From contig OZ360239.1 in NCBI GenBank assembly GCA_977017645.1, positions 22,444,001-22,508,000 of the forward strand: a stretch of DNA of 64,000 nucleotides. Reading direction: 5' to 3'. The notes below the pieces were generated by a model that was not told the DNA's origin, did no database searches, and saw nothing but the letters and a program-made list of their open reading frames with translations. This document shows positions 52,543-64,000 of this stretch, piece after piece. The translations under genes and the position numbers were made by a program. Every line of letters starts with the position of its first letter. Position 1 is the first letter of the stretch. This stretch comes from Torpedo marmorata (lineage: Eukaryota).

Positions 52543-52960
52543 TTGAACAGTGCAAAGACCCTTCTTCAAAACTGATAACAGACTTAGAGGACAGGATACC
52601 ATGATCAATTAGATGCTGAACTTTGATCATTAACATAACAACACTTGCACATGCAGAGTAATTTCATCATTGCCTCTCTTGTCCGGTTGAAAAGTGACGA
52701 TGAGCAGTTCGGTTGACAGTTTATGCTTTTCTTCCTCTGCCTACTCTTGTTAAGCCTGCTGCCTACAAGGAGGACTCGGTTCTCCTGCATTCACTTCCCA
52801 CAAAGCTCAGGAACACCCTTTTTCTGCCTTTCCGCTGTACGCTCAGTAAGAATTCCCCTGATAGACTCATCTTTGGACTTTGGTGTTGCGAAAATTCTGA
52901 TGTTCTCCCATAAGTTAACAGAGGCCATCCCTATGATCCTCTCCCAGTGTTGCAATCATG

Positions 52961-55537
52961 AATCAGAATCAGAATTTATTGTCATGAACAAGTCATGAAA
53001 TTCGGTGTTTTGCGGCAGCATCATAGTGCAAATATTCATATTATAACCATCTTACCACATTACTATATAAAAAAATATATATATAATAGTGCACGAAAAG
53101 TAAGGCAGTGTCTTTGGTTCATTGATTATTTAGGAATCTGATGGCAGCGGGGAAGAAGCTGTCCTTGTGCCATTGAGTGCTCGACTTCAGGCTCCTGTAC
53201 CTTTTTCCTGATGGTAGCAGAGTGAAGAGGGCATGGCCTGGGTGGTGGGGGTCTTTGAGGATAGAGGCTGCTATTTTATGACACCGCCTCATGTAGATGT
53301 CCTCGATGGAGTGAAGTCGGGTGCCTGTGATGTCACAGGCCGAGTTAACAACCCTCTGGAGTTTACTCTTGTCCTGAGAGTTGGCGCCTCCATACCAGGC
53401 AGTGATGCAACCAGCCAGAATGCTCTCCACGGTACACCGGTAGATTCAAGATTCAATTTATTGTCATAGTAATAAAACAGTGTCATATTACGTGAAATTT
53501 CTTTTTGCCTGCTGCAAGGCAGACAGATTCGCCACCGGCAGAAATTGCCTAAGCGCCTCTAACATTCCTTACAGTCAGAGAAAGAGAAGTAAAAGAGAGT
53601 CCCCCCAGAGTCACCGAGTGTCCGTAGATTCGCCTCCAGCGCTTCCGCAGCCTCCGCAACCACACTGAGTCCAGTCCAAACCATCGGCAACCCGAGCTCC
53701 AGATCCGAACCTCCGACACGGTCAGGAACCCTTCGGCGCCCTCGGCACCACCTCGCATCTCGGTTCCGATACCTGGTACTCCTCGAGCCAGTCTCCAGCA
53801 GTCCACAGCCCGGCGCGATTCTCCTGACAGCAGTCTCCAGCAGCCCACAGCCTCCGCGGGTTCCTCTCCTCGAGTCGCCAGCAGCCCGCCGCATGCACTG
53901 GTCCTTCAGCCTCAGAGCCCCTCACTGGTCCACCGCCGTGGTCACTGTCCCCTGGGTCGTCTCCTCCACTTCTCCTTCTCAGACGGGGGAGGGGGGGTGA
54001 TCTTTCCGTTCTCTGGTGCCCTGCTCCAGTCCTCCGCTTCCCCGGAGTCTGCAGCCCCTCGTGGCTGCTGCCGGTTAATAGGCGCGGCCATCTTGGGCAC
54101 AGACCCCGTGGCCGCGGGATCTCAAATAAAACCACTGTCGGCTCCCTCAACGGGCCGCTCAAAGCCCGTGCGGAGCCGACGGCAGTCGACTGGGCTGCTG
54201 GACCCCGCGGGAGCGCTGCATCTCCGCTCCCTTGCTCCCCGTGGGTCCGCACCAGCGGCAGCGCTGCTGCTACAGCGGCTCCGGCAGCGCCGCCATTTTG
54301 GTTTACGAGAGTCTTCGGTGACATACTGAATCTCCACAGACACCTCAAAGTATAGCCGCTGGCGAGCCTTCTTTGTGATTGCATCAATGTGGAGGCTCCA
54401 GGACAGATCCTCGGAGATGTTGACACCCAGGAACTTGAAGTTCTTGACCCTCTCCACTACTGAGCCCTCGATGAGGACTGGGACGTGTTCCCCTGACTTC
54501 CTCCTGAAGTCCACAATCATCTCCTTGGTTTTGTTGAGCACAAGGTTATTGTTGTTACACCATTCAACGAGCTGATCTATCTCCCTCCTGTACGCTTCCT
54601 CATTGCCGTTTGTGATTCTGCTGACAACTGTGGTGTCATCGGCAAACTTGTAGATGGCATTGGAATTGTGCCTGGCCACACAGTCATGGGTGCATAACGA
54701 GTAGAGCAGTGGGCTAAGCACGCATACTTGGGGTGCGCCTGTGTTGATAATCAGTGAGGAGGATACGTTGTTTCCAATTCGTACTGACTGTGGTCTTCCA
54801 ATGAGAAAGTCAAGGATCCAGTTGCAGAGTGGGGTACAGAGGCCTAGAGTTTGTAGCTTCTTGACCAGTACTGAGGGAATAATAGTATTGAAGGCTGAGC
54901 TGTAGTTGATGAAGAGCAGCCGTATGTATGAATTGCTGTTTTCGTGGTGATCCAGAGCTGAGTGGAGAGCCAACAATATTGCATCTGCTGTGGAGTGATT
55001 GTGACAATAGGTGAATTGCAGTGGTTCCAGATCTTTGCTTAGGTATGTGTTAATTCTGGCCATGACCAGCCTCTCAAAGCATTTCATCACAGTAGAAGTT
55101 AGTGCTACTGGGCGGTAGTCGTTGAGGCAGCTCATACTACTCTTCTTGGGTACCAGGATAATTGATGCCCTTTTGAAGCAGGTGGGAACCTCTGACTGCC
55201 GCAATGAAAGATTGAAAATGTCCATGAACACTCTGGCTAGTTGGTTGGCACAGATTTTCAGTACCCTGCCAGGTACGCCGTCAGGGCCTGACGCCTTGCG
55301 AGGGTTCACCCTCTTGAATGATGTTCTGATGTCGCCCTCAGAGACAGATATCACAGGGTCCTCAGCCTTTTCAGGGATTCTTGTAGGCACTGTTTGGTTC
55401 TTCTTCTCAAAGCGGGCATAGAAGGTGTTCAGCTCATCAGGTAGTGAAGCATCACAGCCGTCTATAGTGTTCGCCCTCGGTTTGTAGGCTGTAATGGCCT
55501 GCACTGCCTGCCATAGCTGGTGTGTATCTGTCTCTGT
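52961..55537 (-). mobile_element. Rex1/Babar-like LINE, 5'-truncated, interrupted by a nested element
   Basis: RT motifs DYRPVAL, YSSAFNTI, GAPQVCVLSP and KFADD. The C-terminus ESILAGCITAWYG...HPGHALF resumes at 53444. Confidence 0.93.
53445..54300 (-). mobile_element. GC-rich non-autonomous retroposon, apparently full length (856 bp)
   Basis: Splits the LINE reading frame at ...KTLVN / (F)YRCTVES. The 5' end is CAAAATGGCGGC and the 3' end is ATGACAATAAA(TTGAATC)n. Other copies at 1-313 and 56751-56870. Confidence 0.9.
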
Positions 55538-56049
55538 GATGAATGCATCACTATAACTTCAGTTACATCTGTTGGAGAAACCACTGCTTCCTCTCAGGAA
55601 ATTTCAGTTATTTTAAATTATGCTCTTCCAACAGACCCTTCTTCATTTGGGGTTCACGATATGATATATAAATGAGCTGACCTTACTAATTCTGCCAAAG
55701 CCTGCAGGGCGCATCACCAGCAGGAGCAAGCCATCTGCTCCAACTGCTGCTGAAATAACCCTGCTGACGTTTGAGATCAATCACATGGCAATAAATCCCA
55801 ACATTGCAATACAATAATAAAACTATTGAAGTACCAGAAGTGGTACCTTTACATTCAAAGTAATGCATCGCAAACAGAACGTTTGAATTCTGCGACAGGC
55901 TACTCCTTATCACCTTGCATCTTAATGTGCTTAATGTTAGGATAACGTCAGTTGAAACAAAGCATATCATTTCCTTTGCATGTGATAATCCCTGTACAAC
56001 AGGTGGCTTGAATAATGAATAGAAAATAGAAAGTGACATTCGGCAGTAG

Positions 56050-56140
56050 GGATGCTTGATGAAGGGACCAGGCCCAAAGCGTTTTTTGCCCTTGACTTCC
56101 TATGGATGCTGCATGACCTGCTGAGTTTCTCCAGCATGTT
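56050..56140 (+). mobile_element. Penelope tail remnant with decayed hammerhead
   Basis: TTGATGAAGGGACCAGGCCCAAAGCGTT ... TGACCTGCTGAGTTTCTCCAGCA. Confidence 0.75.
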
Positions 56141-56750
56141 ATTGTGCAGACTTTCTTGTTTAACTGGGGAAAAATAGAGGTAAATTTTTTGTTCTTTGTT
56201 TGAACGAGGAGATGTGAGCATTAACAAAAAAATTAAACTGACTTCTGATATTCATTAGCTTCAGGTGCTGAGGTTTGTGGCTTTCTGTTGCAATATTTAG
56301 GTAAACCTTTCAGATTCTAATTTAAATAAATATCATCATTTATCACAGGGGATGTACACTAACCTTAGGCCTACAGATGGCGCTGTTTACATAACCGTAG
56401 GACATATTTTCCTCAGCTATTTCATAAGAGGCAAACATTTGAAATTTTAGAAATATTGAAAATGATTCCCTTTCATGTAAAATAAATGAACTTGGTAATA
56501 CCATGAACCAGCTGAATACTTGCTTCATTTGCAATGTGCAAGTTGGATGAAGTTGTTTTCTGCTTCACAGTTGTTCACCACTGCCAGATTCACCATAACT
56601 TTGGCAGATCAGCTCAGGGGAAACAGTATTAGATTTGGCAGTAGCCTGTGAGCCAGTCTTGCTGGTCCATTAAACTTTACTGTAATAATCTTAAGTAGAC
56701 CCCTGGAGTGTCAGGAGGATACCAGTTCTACTGCAGGCTAACAATAGCTA

Positions 56751-56870
56751 AGCGCTTAGGCAATTTCTGCCGGTGGCGAATCTGTCTGCCTTGCAGCAGG
56801 CAAAAAGAAATTTCATGAAATATGACACTGTCTTATTACTATGACAATAAATTGAATCTTGAATCTTGAA
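56751..56870 (+). mobile_element. Strongly 5'-truncated copy of the GC-rich retroposon
   Basis: GCGCTTAGGCAATTTCTGCCGGTGGCGAATCTG...ATGACAATAAATTGAATCTTGAATCTTGAA. Confidence 0.9.
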
Positions 56871-56879
56871 CCTTGAGAT

Positions 56880-57620
56880 GTCATAGTCATAGAGATTTAT
56901 AACACAGAAACAGGCCCTTCAGCCCAACCTGTTCACGCTGACCAAGTTGTCTACCCAAGCTTGTCTCATTTGAATGCATTTAGTTTATGTCCCTCTAAAC
57001 CTTTCCTATCTACGTACCTACCTAACTGTCTTTTAAATGTTATAAGTGTAGAACCATAGAACATTACAGCACAGAAAATAGGTCCTTCGGCCCTTCTAGT
57101 CTGTGCAAAACTATTATTCTGCCTAGTCCCATTGACCTGCACCCAGTCCATATCCCTCCATACCTCTCCCATCCATGTACCTGTCCAAATTTTTCTTAAA
57201 TGTGAAAATTGAGCCCGAATTCACCACTTCAGCTGGCAGCTCGTTCCACGCTCTCACCACTCTCTGTGTGAAGAAGTTCCCCCTAATATTCTGCCTAAAC
57301 CTTTTCCCTTTCACCCTTAACCCATGTCTTCTGGTTTGTATCTCACCTGAGCTCAGTGGAAAACGCCTACTTGCATTTAGTCTATCTATACACCTCATCA
57401 TTTTATACACCTCTATCAAATCTCCCCTCATTATTCTTGGGTTTATCACTTCCTCTGGCAGCTTATTGCATGTATCCACCACCTGTATGAAAAAGGTGCC
57501 CCTCAGGTCCCTTTTAAATCTTTCCCCTCTCAACTTACATCTATTCCCCCTTGTTTTAGATTCCCCTACCCCAGGGGAAAGACTATGACTATTTAACGTA
57601 TCTATTCCCCTCATGATTTT
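56880..57620 (-). mobile_element. CR1 3' fragment with a second CR1 3' fragment nested at about 57048-57435
   Basis: ORF 57123-57623 contains the CR1 C-terminus twice, and two separate tails are present (56880 and 57048). Confidence 0.85.
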
Positions 57621-57624
57621 CAAA

Positions 57625-58255
57625 ATTAGAATCAGAATTTATTGTCATGAACATGTCACAAAATTTGTTGTTTTGCAGCAGCGTCACAGGTGCAAAATTG
57701 CTATAAATTACATTTTAAAAAATTAAAATAAATAAATTAGTGTAAAAGAAGTAAAAGTGAGGTAGTGTCTGTGGTTCATTGTCCATTCAGAAATCTGATG
57801 GCGGAGGGGAATAAGCTGTTTTTTGAAGGGTGTTTGTCTTCAGGCTTCTGTACCTCCTTCCTGATGGTAGCAGTGAGAAAAGGGCATGGCCTGGGTGGTG
57901 AGGGTCCTTGAGGATAGAGGCTGCTTTCATGAGACACTGCCTCTTGGAGATGACCTCAATGAAGTGAAGGATGATGCGCAAGATGGTGCTCATCGATTTC
58001 ACAACTCTCTGTAGACATTTCCTGTCCTGTGCATTCGCACCTCCATACCAGACAGTGATGCAACCAGTCAGAATGCATTCAACGGTACACCTGTAGAAAT
58101 TTGCAAGAGTCTTTGGTGACGTACCAAATCTCCTCAAACTCCTCACCGAAGTAAAGCTGCTGGTGAATTTTCTTTGTGATTGCATCAACATGAAGGCCCC
58201 AGGATAGATCTTCAGAGATGTTGACACCCAGGAATTTGAAGTTCTTAACACTACT
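57625..58255 (-). mobile_element. Rex1/Babar-like LINE 3' fragment
   Basis: NFKFLGVNISEDL, FYRCTVECIL and HPGHALFS motifs, with a TCTGAT-type tail. Confidence 0.9.
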
Positions 58256-58275
58256 GGCCACCATTATGTCATCCT

Positions 58276-58835
58276 TCTATAGGAGCTCTATGAAGAGCAT
58301 CCTGGCCGGCTGCATCACAGTGTGGTACAGTTTCTGCAGAGAAATGGATTGGAGGTCAATCCACAGACCCATAAGAGTGGCAGAGATGATCACTGGAGTC
58401 TTCCTCCCCCCATCGACGTGATCTACCGGGATCGTTGTTTGAAGAGGGCGAGCAAAATCATTGAGGACCCCTTCCACCCTGCACACAGCTTCTTTCAGCT
58501 GCTCCCATCGGAGAAGATATACAGGACTGTCAGAGCCAGCACCACCAGGCTGAGGAACATCTTCTTCGCACAGGCAGTGAGAATACTGAACGACCAAAGG
58601 AACGGCTCGCACTAACTATCCAAGACTCTCATATTCATGAAACAATATTTATTTATTTATTTGTATAGATGTAATACTTGTCCTGCATATGTATTGGTTA
58701 TGTGTATGTGTGTTATGTCTGGTTGTGTATCTGCGTGTTTTGCACTGAGGACCGGAGAACACTGTTTCGTCGGGTTGTACTTGTACAATCAGATGACAAT
58801 AAACTTGACTTGACTTGATAAACTTGACTTGACTT
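58276..58835 (+). mobile_element. Rex1/Babar-like LINE 3' fragment (different subfamily)
   Basis: SILAGCITVWY and HPAHSFFQLLPS motifs, with an (ACTTG)n tail. Confidence 0.9.
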
Positions 58836-59039
58836 TCCACTGCTGACCCCTCAATGAGGACACTTCATTAAGGTCTGCCTCAGCCTCCTATGCTGAAGGG
58901 AGAAAACTCCCAGCCTTTCCTGCCTTTACTTATAATTCAAGCCCTTCAGTAATGGTAACATTCTTGAGACTATTTTATGCACCTTTTGTAGCTTAATGAT
59001 GTCGTTCCTACAGCCGGGTGGTCAGAACTATGCAGAACA

Positions 59040-60078
59040 TAGTTGGATTTGGAATTTATTTGCTCTTGGAAGGCAGAGGATAGTGGTGGAAGGGTGTTAT
59101 TCTGGGTGGACCTGGGTATTCTACAGGAGTCAATGTTGGGACCCCTGTTCTTTGTGAGATACATAAATGACTTGGATGAAAAACCAGGTGGGTGCATTAG
59201 CATGTTTGTAGATGACACAAATATTGGTGAAGTTGTGGACAGTATGTAGGGTTATCAAAGGATACAGTAGGATAGTTACAGATATGGGCAGAGAAATTGC
59301 AAATGGAGTTTCATCCAGACAAGAAATGGCAAATGGAATTTCATCCAGAGGTGTTACACTTAGGGAGATCAAATGTGAGGGGAAAGTGTACAGTCAATGC
59401 TAAGACCCCACAAAGTGGGGGTCCAAGGCATAGCACCCTGAAAGTGGCCATGCAAATACATAAGGTGGTAAAGAAGGCATATAGCATGCTTGGCTCCATT
59501 GGTCCGGGCATTGAGTACAAGAGTAACAAAGTCATGTTGCATCTTTATAAAACTTTGGTTCAGGTGCACTGGAGGATGTGTGCAATTCTGGTCACACCAT
59601 TACAAGGAGTATGTGGAGGCTTTGGAAAGAGTACTGAAGAGATTTACCAGAATGTTGCCTGGATTAGAGGACATAAGCCATAATGAGATGTTGGACAAAC
59701 TTGTTTTTTTTCTTAAGCATCAGAGGCTGAGGTGAGGGTAAACCTGACAAAAGTTTATAAAATTATGAGAGGCATAGATAGGGTAGACATCTTTTTCCCA
59801 GGGAAAACTGTCACATACATGCATTTAAGGTCGGGCGGGGGGGTTTGAAGGTGATGTGCAAGGCGTTTTTTTACACAGAGAGTGCTAGGTGCCATGAACT
59901 AGAGGTAGTGGTGGAAGCAGACATGATAGTTGTGTTTAAGAGGTGTCTTGATAGACACATGACTATGCAGGGAATAGAGGGATAAGGATCATATTTAATT
60001 TGGCATCATGTTAAGCACATACAATGTGGGCCAAAAGGCCTGTTGCTGTACTGCATTGTCCTATGGTCCATGTTCTGT
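59040..60078 (+). mobile_element. Degenerate CR1 fragment
   Basis: LGPLFFVRYINDLD, FVDDT and CVQFWS motifs. Confidence 0.88.
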
Positions 60079-60079
60079 G

Positions 60080-60625
60080 TTCAAGTTTATTGTCACATGT
60101 GCCAAGATGCAGTGATAACGTTTGTTTTGTGAGCAGATCAGCTAGACAACAGCAGGAAAGAAACTGCTTGAATCTGGTGGTATATGATCTCACATTCATG
60201 GGTGAACGGAGTGTGGCTGGGTTGGGATAGGTCTTATGTTGGCTGCTTTTCGAAGGAAGCGGGAGGTATAGATGGAGTTGATAGAGGGGAGGGGGGTATG
60301 TGTAATAGCAAAGGCCACACTCTGCAGTTTCTTGTCATGATGCACCCAGACAGGATATTTTCAATGGTGCATCTGTAGAAGTTGTTAGAAGATGCAGGTG
60401 ACATGCCAAATTTCATAAGGCTTCTGAGGAAGTTGAGGTACTGGTGTACTTTATTGGCCATTGCGCCAATATGGATGGACCAGGATAAGTCACTCCCTGG
60501 AACATACTGTCTACTAATTCCACCTCTTCTCCATTGATGTGGACCAGACTGTAAGATTCCCCACCATTCCTCTGACCCTCCAAACTTTCCTGGTCTAAAA
60601 CCACCTCCTTGGTCTTGTTGAGGGA
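60080..60625 (-). mobile_element. Degenerate Rex1-like fragment
   Basis: DLSWSIHI and NFYRCTIENILSGCI motifs. Confidence 0.8.
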
Positions 60626-61194
60626 GAAGTTTTCCAGTGTGAGTCTTGTAATTATTGGTCAACGTGGACGCTTGTGACTTTTCCTCTAATTTTAATGAAA
60701 TATCACAGAGCACTGCAAATATTCCTCTTCTTCAACATGCTTCGCCATCAGTTTTAACACTCTCAATTTCTCGTGTCATCTAAACACTATTGTTTGCCTC
60801 TTCCTAATAAACTGGATACAAATCATCATTTAGCTTTAGTTCCTGCCATTTCTCCACTTTGTCCTCCAAGCCATTCCATACCAAACTCAAGGACATTCAA
60901 AGTCTGTAACACATCAAAACTCGACATGGCTGAACACAATGTTACCAGGTGGCCTTGTGTGAGACTTGAACAGGAATTGTTAAACTAAAACAATCTTTCA
61001 AAATGTATTTCTTCAGTGCTTCCCTTGGAATATGTATTGACATGCCACTATTCTGATAAAGGAAGGATAGTGAGGGGAAATTAAAGTTTGATGCCATTGC
61101 ACCTAACAAAGTGTACAGACGATTATGATTCAGAGTTTTCCTGCAGCTTCTCTGACGTGCACTGAGGAACTGAGAATTCATCTCAATTCCTCAA

Positions 61195-62618
61195 TTATCA
61201 AGTTCAAGTTTATTTGTCATCCGATTGTACCAGTACAACCCGACGAAACAGCGTTCACCAGTCCACGGTGCAAAACAGAGCTAAACACGCGTACAGACAT
61301 AATGCACATACAGACAAACTATACATATACACAGTACATATGTACATATATTAAAATAAATATTCTGAATAAATAGTAGAGTCACGGAGAGTTGTTTTAG
61401 CAGTCATTCAGCAGTCTCACTGCCCATGGGAAGAAGCTGTTCCTCAGCCTAGTGGTTCTGGCTCTGATACTCCTGTATCTTTTCCCCAACAGGAGTAGCT
61501 GAAAGAGGCTGCGTGCAGGGTGGTGGGGGTCCTCTCAGAATTTGTGAGCTCTCTTTAAACAATGATCCTGGTAAATCCCATCGATGGGGGGAGGGGGCGT
61601 GAGGAGGGGAGGGGGCGTGAGGGGGGAGGGCAACCGGAGAGATGCGCTCTGCTGCTTTTATGGACCCATGGATTGACCTCCGATCCGATGCTCTACAGCA
61701 ACTATACCACACTTTGATGCAGCTAGCCAGGATGCTCTCAATAGAGCTCCCGAAGAAAGTTGACAGAATGGTGGCTGGTAACCTTGCCTGCCTCAGCCTT
61801 CTCAGGAAGTACAGTCACTGTTGCGCCTTCCTGACAAGTGAGGAGATGTTATGTGCCTATGCAAGGTCACTTCTTAAGTGGACTCCGAGGAACTTGGTGC
61901 TCTCCAATCTCTCCATTGCTGAGCTATTAATGTGTAGTGGAGGGTGGTCGTCCCTGGTCCTCCTGAAGTCCACAATCATCTCCTTTGTTTTTTCCATGTT
62001 GAGACTCAGGTTGTTATTCTTACACCATTTCACGAGATTTATCACCTCTTCTCTGTATTTCTTTTTTAATTTAATTTAGACATACAGCACGGTAACAGGC
62101 GATTTCAGCCCACGAGTCCGTGCCGCCAAATTTACACCCAATTAACCGACAACCCCGGTACGTTTTGAACGGTGGGAGGAAACTGGAGCCCCCAGGGAAA
62201 ACCCACGCAGACACGGGGAGAACGTACAAACTCCTTACAGACAGCGCGGGATTTTAACCCCGGTCCCGATCACTGGCGCTGTAAAGGCGTTGCGCTAACC
62301 ACTATGCCAACCGTGCTGCCCCAGTAATTGGCCTCATCAGCATCGTTGTTGCTGATGAGGCCAACTACTGTCGTGTCTTTGCAAACTTGATGACTCTGTT
62401 GGAGTGTTGCAGTCTTGCGTCAGTGCCGTAAACTGGTGCGGACTGAACACACAGCCCTGAGGTGCATCAGTGCTCAGCGTAATGGTGCTCGACATTCTGC
62501 TACCAACCCAGACGGACTGCAGTCTTTCACTTAGGAAGTCCAAGGGTGTTGAGTCCCAGCAAGGACAGCTTCTTCACCAGCCTCTGGGATATGATTGTAT
62601 TAAACACCGAGCTGAAGT
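61195..62618 (-). mobile_element. Rex1-like fragment interrupted by a V-SINE
   Basis: APQGCVFSP and KTKEMIVDFRR motifs. Tail is CAAGTTCAAGTTTATT on the plus strand. Confidence 0.88.
62063..62322 (-). mobile_element. V-SINE copy nested in the Rex1-like LINE
   Basis: Match to 28845-29098. Confidence 0.9.
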
Positions 62619-63082
62619 CATTATATTTCAGAATTATATTTCTGTTGTGCAGGATCCCACGTCTTCAATTTTAAACCACTTTGAGTCTGTATCAATAACC
62701 ACTAGAAAATTGCTGTTGCCTTTTTGACAAAATTTGACTTGGTTTCTCTGAAATGCTTATGTTGGCCAACCATACCTGTAATGTGAGTTAATGTACGGTG
62801 CAAGTTGATTCTAAATCTTTCAAATCTTTATCAATGCTACTTGGCTAATATACAATGCTTCTGGCAATATTAACAACGTTGAGAAGTCCTTTATGTAATA
62901 CATCCACAAGTTATCCCACCAAGACATTCAGGATAACTATTCAATGCCCCATCATAAGTCATCCTTGATCAGTGGATCTCAAATGTTCTGTTGTAAAATA
63001 TTTGCACGTCTGCATTTGGACATTTATCCAAATGGATCCAATCTGTGTGTGTGTGTGCTCATAAACGTGTTCCAAAAGTGTA

Positions 63083-63212
63083 TCTTTTTAAAAATATTTT
63101 ATTTAAAATTTTAAATCACTTGATAATACATATTGTAAAATGCAAAATTATCAAAACACATGTGATATATTTTCACCCCCCCTCCCTCCCTCCCCTCCCT
63201 AACCCTCCCACC
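63083..63212 (-). mobile_element. L1-type 3' UTR/tail
   Basis: The reverse complement resembles 48535-48657 (G-rich tract, ATATCACATGTG, A-rich tail). Confidence 0.75.
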
Positions 63213-63386
63213 NNNNNNNNNNNNNNNNNNNNNNNNNNNNNNNNNNNNNNNNNNNNNNNNNNNNNNNNNNNNNNNNNNNNNNNNNNNNNNNNNNNNNNNN
63301 NNNNNNNNNNNNNNNNNNNNNNNNNNNNNNNNNNNNNNNNNNNNNNNNNNNNNNNNNNNNNNNNNNNNNNNNNNNNNNNNNNNNNN
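63213..63386. other. Assembly gap
   Basis: Run of N. Confidence 1.
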
Positions 63387-64000
63387 AATATAAAAAAAAT
63401 CAACTATAAGCTAATTTTATTGTGGAACATAGGTTCGCCAGTCAGATCTGATATGACTCATTTACAGGTTGGGAACAACAAAGAAATGAACTTTTACAAA
63501 AAATTGATGTATTGGAAAATCAGAGTCGGAGAAATAATGTTAAAATTGTGGGATTGCCCGAAGATTTTGAAGTGGGGAATACAACTGAATTTTTTCAAAA
63601 ATGGATTCCAGATGTTTTGGGTATTGATAACTTTACGTATGGACTGGAATTAGATAGAGCTCATAGAGATAGTAGAAAGAAACCGTATCCTGGACAAAGG
63701 CCACGCTCAGTGTTAATTAGATGTCATCGATACCAGGATAAAGAGAAGGTAATGCAATTAGCTGTCCAAATTGCTAGGAAGAACCAGAGTCCATTGATAA
63801 TTAATAAAAATAGGGTATTTTTTTATGCTGATCTAAGTGCAGCAATAATTAAAAAACGAAAAGAATTCAATCCAGCGAAAGCAATTCTTTGGAGCAAAGG
63901 ATATAAATTTTCATTTAGATATCCTGCGATTTTGAAGGTTCAGTCTGCAGAGAATCAATCATTCTTTTTGCTGATTATCAACAAGCTTTGGAGCATGCAA
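63387..64000 (+). mobile_element. L1/Tx1 ORF1 (RRM-type) fragment
   Basis: Hand translation gives KIDVLENQSRRNNVKIVGLPED...LELDRAHR...RPRSVLIR...FFYADLS...FRYPAILKV. This is a different frame from the listed ORF 63045-63653. Confidence 0.9.

Noticed and set aside
54122-55504. 460-aa ORF suggesting an RT fused to a novel GC-rich C-terminal domain
   Set aside because: It is a frameshifted LINE ORF reading through into the nested element at 54300. The true C-terminus resumes at 53444.
59293-59350. Tandem duplication encoding QMEFHP twice
   Set aside because: It is a small duplication within a dead CR1 copy.
61585-61630. G-quadruplex-like GGGGGAGGGGGCGTGA duplication
   Set aside because: It is a local slippage expansion of a G/C run inside a decayed LINE.

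Overview
Vertebrate genomic DNA, most likely from a shark or ray (inferred from V-domain tRNA SINEs with CR1-like tails, CR1 LINEs and Penelope elements). The only host protein-coding gene I can support is an intact three-exon EMX2 homeobox gene on the minus strand (CDS 19309-18922, 17740-17556, 14985-14818; 246 aa). About 7-24 kb contains no recognisable transposon, and CpGs are visibly retained out to about 39.5 kb. Both flanks (0-7 kb and especially 40-64 kb) are dense with CR1, L1/Tx1, Rex1/Babar-like LINE, SINE and Penelope pieces. The most notable unexplained structures are four. (1) A size series of Penelope-derived fold-back elements with minimal hammerhead-ribozyme motifs and target-site duplications. 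(2) A perfect 37-bp inverted repeat 1.9 kb upstream of the EMX2 ATG that mirrors OTX and CCAAT motifs around a two-way TATA motif. (3) A 367-bp MITE-like insert carrying three closely spaced hairpins. (4) A GC-rich non-coding retroposon family with a YY1-motif head and a Rex1-type tail. I found no novel protein-coding system. All family assignments are by eye, without database searches, and the boundaries of degenerate repeats are approximate.
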